Assembly (NCBI GenBank): GCA_040905425.1
Contig: JBBDRO010000078.1
Coordinates: forward strand, 65,075 to 96,948
Length of the DNA: 31,874 bases
Direction of reading: 5' to 3'
Source of the DNA: Gemmatimonadota bacterium
GTDB lineage: Bacteria; Gemmatimonadota; Gemmatimonadetes; Longimicrobiales; RSA9
The notes below the pieces were generated by a model that had not been told where the DNA came from, ran no database searches, and saw only the letters and a program-made list of their open reading frames with translations. The translations under genes were made by a program, and so were the position numbers. How positions within the stretch are numbered: position 1 is the first letter of the stretch; each line of letters opens with the position of its first letter. Below are positions 26,012 through 31,874 of the stretch, one piece after another.

Positions 26012-27961
26012 TCAGGCGATCGTGGCCAGCGGCGTGGTGCTGTCGATCTCGTCACCTGGACGGACGTGGACGGCCGTCACCGTGCCGGCCTGCGGAGAGC
26101 GGATGTCGTGCGTGGCCTTCATGGCCTCCACGACGGCCACCACCCCGCCTTCCTCCACACGATCGCCCACGGCAATGGGCACATCCACCACGTCTACGGA
26201 GCCGGCGAAAGTGGAAAAGACCTCCGTGCCCGCCGCGCTCTCCACGGCCGCGGGCGCCCCGGGGGCTGCCGCTTCCGCCGCCGCCGGCCCGCCTCCCCCT
26301 GCCGCAGCCTCCGCCACTGGCGTGGCGCCCGCCGGAGCCGCCGGCGCTCCCTGGCCGTTGCCGAGCGGCTCCAGGGTGACCGTGAACGTACGCGTCTTCG
26401 GCCCCTCCTTGACCGTGCAGCGGGTGGTGATCGGTCCCGCCGGTGCACCCGGCGCCGGAGCGCTTTGTGACGGCGCGGCCGCTGCAGGAGCGGCGGCGGC
26501 GGGGCGCGCCGGCCCATTTGTAGCGGCCTTGTCCGGCTTCAGCGGGATATCGATCTTGGACCGCCCCGTGAGCAGACGGATCCCCTCGTTCAGCTCCATG
26601 TTCTTGCCCGGCACCATGGAGGACAGAACCAGAAAGACGTTTTCGTCCGTGACCCCCAGCCCGCGCTCCTCCAGAGCCGCGCGCGCGGTGGGGATGTTGT
26701 TCGGCGCCGCGTCCAGCGGGTCACCTTCGAAGGGCGGCAGGTCGAGCTGCCGGGAGGCGCACTCCACCACTTCCGGATCCGGCGCCAACGGGGTCCGACC
26801 GAAATAGCCGAGCACCGCCTTGCCGTAGCCGGCGTCGATCTTCTCCCAGCGCCCGTAGAGGACGTTGTTGAATGCCTGCAGCCAGTACTGCTGACTGCCC
26901 GGAGTCACGCTGGTCCAGGCGCCGCCGGCCTCCACCACCACCGGGAACTCGGCCAGTACCTCACCGTAACGCTCCAGGATGCCGGCCTTGGTCATCATAT
27001 GCACGTTCGGGCCGATGGCCCCGCCGGGCATGGGGAAGCCAAGCACGCGCGCGTCCGGGGTGGTGGTCGTGGGATTGAACTGGTAATCCGCGAGCAGTTG
27101 CTCGAGCATGGCCTCGATCTCGGCCAGGCCGCCCACGTCAATGTCCAGCTCGTAGCCGGTGCCGCGCAGCGAATGGGCCAGCGAGCGCGCATCCGGCTGG
27201 GAGGTGCCCGCCGCAAGCGGACGGATGGCCAGGTCCACCCCGTCGGCGCCACCGTGGATGGCAGCCATGTAGCATGCCACACCGGTGGCCGCCGTGTCGT
27301 GCGTGTGCATCCACAGCGGCAGCTCGGGCGGCATGATCTTCTTGAGGCCGCGTGCGGTCTCGTAGATCGTGGCCGGCGTGGTGGTCCCGCTGGCATCCTT
27401 GAGGCAGATGCTGTCCACGTGCATCCCGCTCTCCAGGAGCTGCCGTCCGATATCGATGTAGAACGCGGGCGTGTGCACCCGGTCCGATTCAAAGGGCAGA
27501 CCCATCAGAGCAATCACCACCTGGTGGTGCATGCCGGCGTCCACGATGGGCTGACCGGTCTTCACCAGGTTTCGCACGTCGTTCATGTAATCGAAGTTGC
27601 GATCCCAGGTGGTGCCGGCCGCGGCCATGAGCCGCGCCTGCAATGCCAGCGCCTCGGGTGACTGGGTGGTGAGCGTCACGCCCGACACCGAGCGCGTCAG
27701 GATCTGCAGGTCCGCCTCCGGCCCCACCGCCTCCCGCATGCGCCGCATGTTGTCGAACGGATTGCGCCCCAGATAGAAGAGCGGCGCCTGGAAGAGGGCT
27801 CCGCCGCCGAACTCGAAGTGGCGTACCCCGAGGGCGGCCGACGCCTCCATGGCGGGCAGGAAATCCTCCAGGCGGACCTTGCCACCGAAGGTGCTCTGCA
27901 GACCGTCCCTGAAGGGCGTGAACATCACCCGTATGCGTCGTGGCTTGTCAGCGTATATCAT
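26012..27961 (-). CDS. oadA: Oxaloacetate decarboxylase alpha / PycB-type carboxyltransferase with biotinyl domain (649 aa)
   Basis: FRDGLQS, CLKDASG, HTHDT, MPGG and VTPGSQ motifs. Ala/Pro linkers and biotin site EAMK. ATGA overlap with oadG. Confidence 0.88.
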   Translation of the reverse strand: MIYADKPRRIRVMFTPFRDGLQSTFGGKVRLEDFLPAMEASAALGVRHFEFGGGALFQAPLFYLGRNPFDNMRRMREAVGPEADLQILTRSVSGVTLTTQSPEALALQARLMAAAGTTWDRNFDYMNDVRNLVKTGQPIVDAGMHHQVVIALMGLPFESDRVHTPAFYIDIGRQLLESGMHVDSICLKDASGTTTPATIYETARGLKKIMPPELPLWMHTHDTAATGVACYMAAIHGGADGVDLAIRPLAAGTSQPDARSLAHSLRGTGYELDIDVGGLAEIEAMLEQLLADYQFNPTTTTPDARVLGFPMPGGAIGPNVHMMTKAGILERYGEVLAEFPVVVEAGGAWTSVTPGSQQYWLQAFNNVLYGRWEKIDAGYGKAVLGYFGRTPLAPDPEVVECASRQLDLPPFEGDPLDAAPNNIPTARAALEERGLGVTDENVFLVLSSMVPGKNMELNEGIRLLTGRSKIDIPLKPDKAATNGPARPAAAAPAAAAPSQSAPAPGAPAGPITTRCTVKEGPKTRTFTVTLEPLGNGQGAPAAPAGATPVAEAAAGGGGPAAAEAAAPGAPAAVESAAGTEVFSTFAGSVDVVDVPIAVGDRVEEGGVVAVVEAMKATHDIRSPQAGTVTAVHVRPGDEIDSTTPLATIA

Positions 27962-28167
27962 GGCTTCTCTTCGATCTTTCCGAGGCGGGTTCCCGGGTAG
28001 CTCCGTGCCGCGGCCGCACTGATGGCCGCCACCACGGCCGCATCCAGTTCCTCGACAACCGGGAACAGGGCTGTGAGGAGCCGGATGATACCGGCCAGCA
28101 GCGAGAGCAGGACCAGCACGGCCGTGCAGGCCGCCGCGCTGACCAGCAGCAGGTTCGGCTCGTTCAT
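27958..28167 (-). CDS. oadG: Na+-decarboxylase gamma/delta subunit (OadG family)
   Basis: 69 aa, single TM helix (VLVLLSLLAGII), then DAAVVAAISAAA. Sits between birA and oadA with ATGA overlaps. Confidence 0.8.
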   Translation of the reverse strand: MNEPNLLLVSAAACTAVLVLLSLLAGIIRLLTALFPVVEELDAAVVAAISAAAARSYPGTRLGKIEEKP

Positions 28168-29138
28168 GAGGCGTACTGCATGCGCATGCGCGTGCGCGCG
28201 CCCGCGCGTGTGCAGGCGTGTAGAATGGCACGGCCGCGCCGGACCGGATCCGCGTGCCCCTCCAGGCGCAGCTCGAGCCCGTCACCGATTGCCGTGACCC
28301 GGCCGGCGGCCAGGACCCGTGTGGCCTCATCTGCCCGGTCCTCACTCACCAGCACCTCCCGGCCGAGCACGCTCGAGCGGGCGCGGTAGCGGTCCAGCAG
28401 CGGGCGATAGCCCTCCACCAGCAGCGCCTCGTAGGCTCCGCCCAGCGCACCCAGCACCGCGCGCATGACGCGCCCGGTCGTGAGGGCCGCGGGCGCCGTG
28501 GCATGCTCGCGCAGGCACGTGATGGCCGGGACGAACGCCGTGGGCGCCACCGCCGGCGCGGTGGTCACGTTCACGCCGATCCCCAGTACCACCGAGGTAA
28601 CCGCGGCGCCGCGGGTCTGGGTGTGTGCCAGCACACCGCCCACCTTGGCCCCATCGATGAGCAGGTCGTTCACCCACTTGATCTGGCAACGCCCGGAGAG
28701 GCCGGGGAGTCCATCCAGCGCCTCGATCACGGCCACGGCGGCGAGCGCCAGGAACACGGTTTCGAAGCGCTCGATGGGCTGCCGGGGCGCAAGATGGACC
28801 GTGAGATGGAGGTTGCCTACGCCACCGGACCATGTGCGGCCGTTGAATCCCTGAAATGCGCCGCCGGTACGAGCCACGCACGCCAGGCGGTCAGGCACCA
28901 GGGTGCCGCTCCGCAGCAGCCCCACGAGGCGCGCATACTGGGAATCGGGAGCGTTGCGGGAGACCACCAGGTGATCCCAGAAGGGGTCCTCCAGGGGGGT
29001 GCTGGCCACCACGGCCCGCTCGCCCAGGAGAGTATCCAGCACTGGCCTCACCGCAGTGGGAGCGCCCCCGACTGTCAGGTCGGGTGTGGCCTCCGTCAGT
29101 GTTTCCGCGTAGTCCGGGGCGTCGGTGTAGACGGCCAC
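28164..29138 (-). CDS. birA: Biotin-protein ligase (no HTH), divergent
   Basis: GRTW...GNLHL, IKWVNDL, KVGGVL and VLGIGVNV, with an SH3-like C-terminus (GRVTAIGDGLELRL). Confidence 0.85.
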   Translation of the reverse strand: MAVYTDAPDYAETLTEATPDLTVGGAPTAVRPVLDTLLGERAVVASTPLEDPFWDHLVVSRNAPDSQYARLVGLLRSGTLVPDRLACVARTGGAFQGFNGRTWSGGVGNLHLTVHLAPRQPIERFETVFLALAAVAVIEALDGLPGLSGRCQIKWVNDLLIDGAKVGGVLAHTQTRGAAVTSVVLGIGVNVTTAPAVAPTAFVPAITCLREHATAPAALTTGRVMRAVLGALGGAYEALLVEGYRPLLDRYRARSSVLGREVLVSEDRADEATRVLAAGRVTAIGDGLELRLEGHADPVRRGRAILHACTRAGARTRMRMQYAS

Positions 29139-29221
29139 TTCGCTGGCTCCCTCGGCTCATCACAATAGGCACGACAGGGATACACTATGCCTCCGGGGCG
29201 CTGCGTGAAATAGGAGATGCG

Positions 29222-29236
29222 CTGACATCCTGTCAG
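29222..29236. promoter_or_regulatory. Candidate operator upstream of the birA-oad operon
   Basis: CTGACA-TCC-TGTCAG inverted repeat, 83 nt upstream of the birA start. Confidence 0.4.
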
Positions 29237-29669
29237 GGGGATTCACCACATGGGGTCCTGTGGAAGTTCGCGGAGCCCTCGGGCGGTCGTGCGCTAGCGC
29301 GTTACCCACACCGGGTTACGGGCCTTCCCGCCAGGCTACAGCGTGAGTTCCGGGGCTGGCGCTCAACCAGCCCATCCCCACCGGAATCGCCAACCCGCCA
29401 ATCCCGGGCACGGGGATGAAACGTGGCTGCTGGCCGAGCGGTTGCGCGCACCCGTAACCCCGTTCCAAGCGACGCCCCGCGTCCCGCTCACCGGCACATC
29501 GTCCACGATCGCGACCGGGCCTGCCCCGTCCGCACCGCCGCCCGCTGGAGGGTAGCCGAAGGGAGAGCCGCCGCCACGAGCGCGGGCGCCGCCAACACGC
29601 GGTTGTGGCTTGGCCCCTTCGGCCAGGTGCCCTTGGCAGACAGGCATGCCGAGGCCACGCGCATGACGG

Positions 29670-30767
29670 CTAGCCCGTCACCACCACCACGCCCTTCATG
29701 AACGGGTGCGGCCCGCAGTAATACGGGAAGCGGCCCGGCTGGTCGAAGCGTGCGCGCCAGCTCGAGCCCGGCTGGATGGCACCCGACTGGAACGCGGCGT
29801 TCTCCGCGTTTACGGTGTGCACGGCGGCGTCCTGGTTCACCCACTCGATGGTCTGGCCGGCGCGGATCCGGATGGTGCCCGGCGTGAAGAGGAAGCGCTG
29901 GATCGTGACGCGGACTTCGGGCGGCGCGTCGGCGTCCTCCCGCACGGTCTCCATGGCGCGCTCGCGGTCCGTGTACCAGCCGAGCACGAAGCCCAGGAAT
30001 TCGACGGGCGCGTTCAGCTCGAAGCCGTAGCGCGTGCGGCTGGTGCCCAGCGAGGCGCCCTGGATGGTAGTGGTGGCGGCATTGCTCGCCTGCAGCCCGA
30101 ACGCGAGCGACGTGTACGGCAGGCCCGCCTGCAGCCCCACGCTCCAGGCTACGTCCTCGCCGCGATCCGCCCCGGAGGCGGCGCGCCGATCGAGCAGGGA
30201 AACCAGGTCCGCCGCGAGCGTGACACCCATGTTGCGCGGCCGCACGTGCCAGACCGCGCCGCCCCCCAACGCGAACCGGAGGTCGTCCGTGCCGTAGGCC
30301 GCCGACATGGCGCGCGCCACGCCGATCAGGCGCAGCGGCCCCGCCTGCCGCGCGAGCGCCGCCTCGGCGTCCAGGCTGCGTGCCGCCAGGTTGTAGGCAC
30401 CGGTGACGTTCAGATCGGCCATGGCGCCAGTGGCCTGCCGGAGCAGACCCAGGCGGTCGTAGATCTCCCACTCGTCGGTGCGCTCCGGTACCGCCTCCGA
30501 TGCCTGGGAGAAGCGCACCCCGCCGGTCCAGCGCACGGGCAGGAGAAAGGGCAGACCCACGGCCACATCGAACGTGGTGGCGGCCTGCAGGCCGGACGCG
30601 CCGCCCAGGCCGGCGAACCTGTGCGGCAGGGACACTTCGAGCATCCCGGGCAGCGCACTCACACTGTTGGGCAGGTTGGGCGTCCGCTCCATCAGACGCT
30701 GCGCGAGGAGCGGCTGGGTGCAGAGGCCCAGTATCAGGAAAGGCGGCAGCAGGAGTCTCGAGCGCAT
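29670..30767 (-). CDS. Putative outer-membrane beta-barrel fused to a C-terminal type-1 (blue) copper cupredoxin domain
   Basis: Signal peptide ending LLA|Q, amphipathic strands (LEVSLPHRF, WSVGLQAGL, YGFELN), then amicyanin/plastocyanin-like FTPGTIRIRAGQTIEWVNQDAAVHTV...YYCGPHPFMKGVVVV. Confidence 0.8.
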   Translation of the reverse strand: MRSRLLLPPFLILGLCTQPLLAQRLMERTPNLPNSVSALPGMLEVSLPHRFAGLGGASGLQAATTFDVAVGLPFLLPVRWTGGVRFSQASEAVPERTDEWEIYDRLGLLRQATGAMADLNVTGAYNLAARSLDAEAALARQAGPLRLIGVARAMSAAYGTDDLRFALGGGAVWHVRPRNMGVTLAADLVSLLDRRAASGADRGEDVAWSVGLQAGLPYTSLAFGLQASNAATTTIQGASLGTSRTRYGFELNAPVEFLGFVLGWYTDRERAMETVREDADAPPEVRVTIQRFLFTPGTIRIRAGQTIEWVNQDAAVHTVNAENAAFQSGAIQPGSSWRARFDQPGRFPYYCGPHPFMKGVVVVTG

Positions 30768-30972
30768 GGCTGGCGGTGGCTGCAGGATCGGCGCCAAAGG
30801 CAGGTCTGTCCGGCGTGCGCGCAAACGTAGCGGCGGATAACGTATTACGGGCCATGTGTTGAGCCCCGCGCGATTGCCCCTCCCCAGGGGCGCATCTAGC
30901 TTGCCCCGATCACCGCGAGGGAGTCGATCCAGCCCTGGCACCCGGCCCCCGAAAGCGGATGGTTCCACCACG

Positions 30973-31874
30973 ATGAAGCTCGGCACCCGGCTACTCTTGC
31001 CGCTGCTCGCCACTGTAGCTGGCGTGATGCTGGTCTACTCTCTGTGGGCGGTGCGGCAGCGGGAGAGCGTCATTCTGTCCGACGCCCGCCGCGAGACGTC
31101 GGCCTATGCCACCGCGCTCGGCATTGCCCTCGACATGGCGTACCGGGATCCGGCCCGTCCCGGCGTGCAGGAAGTGATCGACCGTCTCAGCCGGGTGGCG
31201 ACGGTCTACGGCGTGGTGATCTATGAGTCCGACGGGACCATCACCTACGCCTCCGAACCGCTCCGGTCACCCACTTCGGTGGCGGCCGCCACGCTCGCCG
31301 ACGTTCTGGCGGGTGGGGGCCCGGCGATTGTCGAGCGCGTGGTGGATGAGATCCCTGTGCTCAGCGTCCTCAACGTCATCGCCGACGAGGCGGGTACGCC
31401 GGTGGCCGTCTTCGAGGTGGTGCAGCCACTCGATGACGTGCAGGTTGTGATCAGGCGCGTGCGCCAGCGCTACCTGCTCAATACGCTCACCCTGCTGGCG
31501 GCGCTCACCGTGGTCATTCTCTTGCTCGTGCGCCGTCACCTGGCGGAGCCGCTGCGCCGCTTCGTGGACGCCGTGCGGGCCCTGGGTCGTGGCGAACTCG
31601 CGCATCGCATCGCGGGCGGTGCACACGGCGGTGAACTGGATGCCCTGGCACTGGAAATCAACGGCATGGCGGCCCGGCTGGAGCGCGCCCGGGCCCAGCT
31701 CCTCCTGGAGAGTGAGCAGAAATTGGCCCTGGCCCGGCGTGTCCGGGAATCCGAAAAGATGGCCGCGGTGGGTAATGTGGCCGCGGGTGTGGCGCATGAG
31801 GTGGCGGCGCCCTTGAACGTCATCCGCGGCCGGGCCGAACTCCTGCTGCGCCGGGAGTTGGCGGAACCCGATAT
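30973..31874 (+). CDS. Sensor histidine kinase, NtrB-like (partial, runs off window)
   Basis: Open frame from ATG 30973 (MKLGTRLLLPLL...): TM, periplasmic domain, TM, HAMP (EPLRRFVDAVRALGRGEL...ELDALALEINGMA) and H-box EKMAAVGNVAAGVAHEVAAPLNVI. Absent from the ORF track because no stop lies in the window. Confidence 0.93.
   Translation, partial: MKLGTRLLLPLLATVAGVMLVYSLWAVRQRESVILSDARRETSAYATALGIALDMAYRDPARPGVQEVIDRLSRVATVYGVVIYESDGTITYASEPLRSPTSVAAATLADVLAGGGPAIVERVVDEIPVLSVLNVIADEAGTPVAVFEVVQPLDDVQVVIRRVRQRYLLNTLTLLAALTVVILLLVRRHLAEPLRRFVDAVRALGRGELAHRIAGGAHGGELDALALEINGMAARLERARAQLLLESEQKLALARRVRESEKMAAVGNVAAGVAHEVAAPLNVIRGRAELLLRRELAEPD

Noticed and set aside
29430..29446. Plus-strand sigma-54 consensus CTGGCCGAGCGGTTGCG
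   Set aside because: GG-N10-GC spacing is right, but no credible plus-strand gene lies downstream.
30973..31874. This kinase as the partner of the CusR-like regulator
   Set aside because: Its H-box (EKMAAVG..AAGVAHE) is NtrB-type, which usually pairs with NtrC-family regulators. Its partner probably lies beyond the window.

Overview
High-GC (about 70% by eye) bacterial chromosomal DNA. Gene style suggests Gemmatimonadota (Longimicrobiales-like), which is an inference. I found about 30 protein-coding genes and no rRNA, tRNA, CRISPR array or mobile element. The left third is mostly housekeeping or envelope genes: a lytic transglycosylase, UPF0182, a vWA protein, a GT2 enzyme, an ECF sigma/zinc anti-sigma/YbjQ operon in which YbjQ carries an in-frame TAA, hemolysin-III and an M14 peptidase. 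The most interesting part is 13.7-31 kb. It holds (i) a fused redoxin-cytochrome c-PHM-type copper monooxygenase gene directly followed by an orphan CusR/CopR-like response regulator, and (ii) a non-classical chaperone-usher-like pilus locus with DUF4402/Csu-like subunits. The major-subunit gene with its promoter is tandemly duplicated (703 bp, CDS identical by eye, terminators diverged), and a fifth subunit-like gene is stranded 2.2 kb beyond the usher. Cop/pho-box-like TTAC-N6-GTAA sites lie upstream of both major-subunit copies and of the stranded gene. It also holds (iii) a DUF2231 / membrane-bound LuxR divergon with a paired operator, (iv) a birA-oadG-oadA-oadB Na+-pumping decarboxylase operon with a divergent biotin ligase, and (v) a beta-barrel-blue-copper fusion gene divergent from a histidine kinase that runs off the window.
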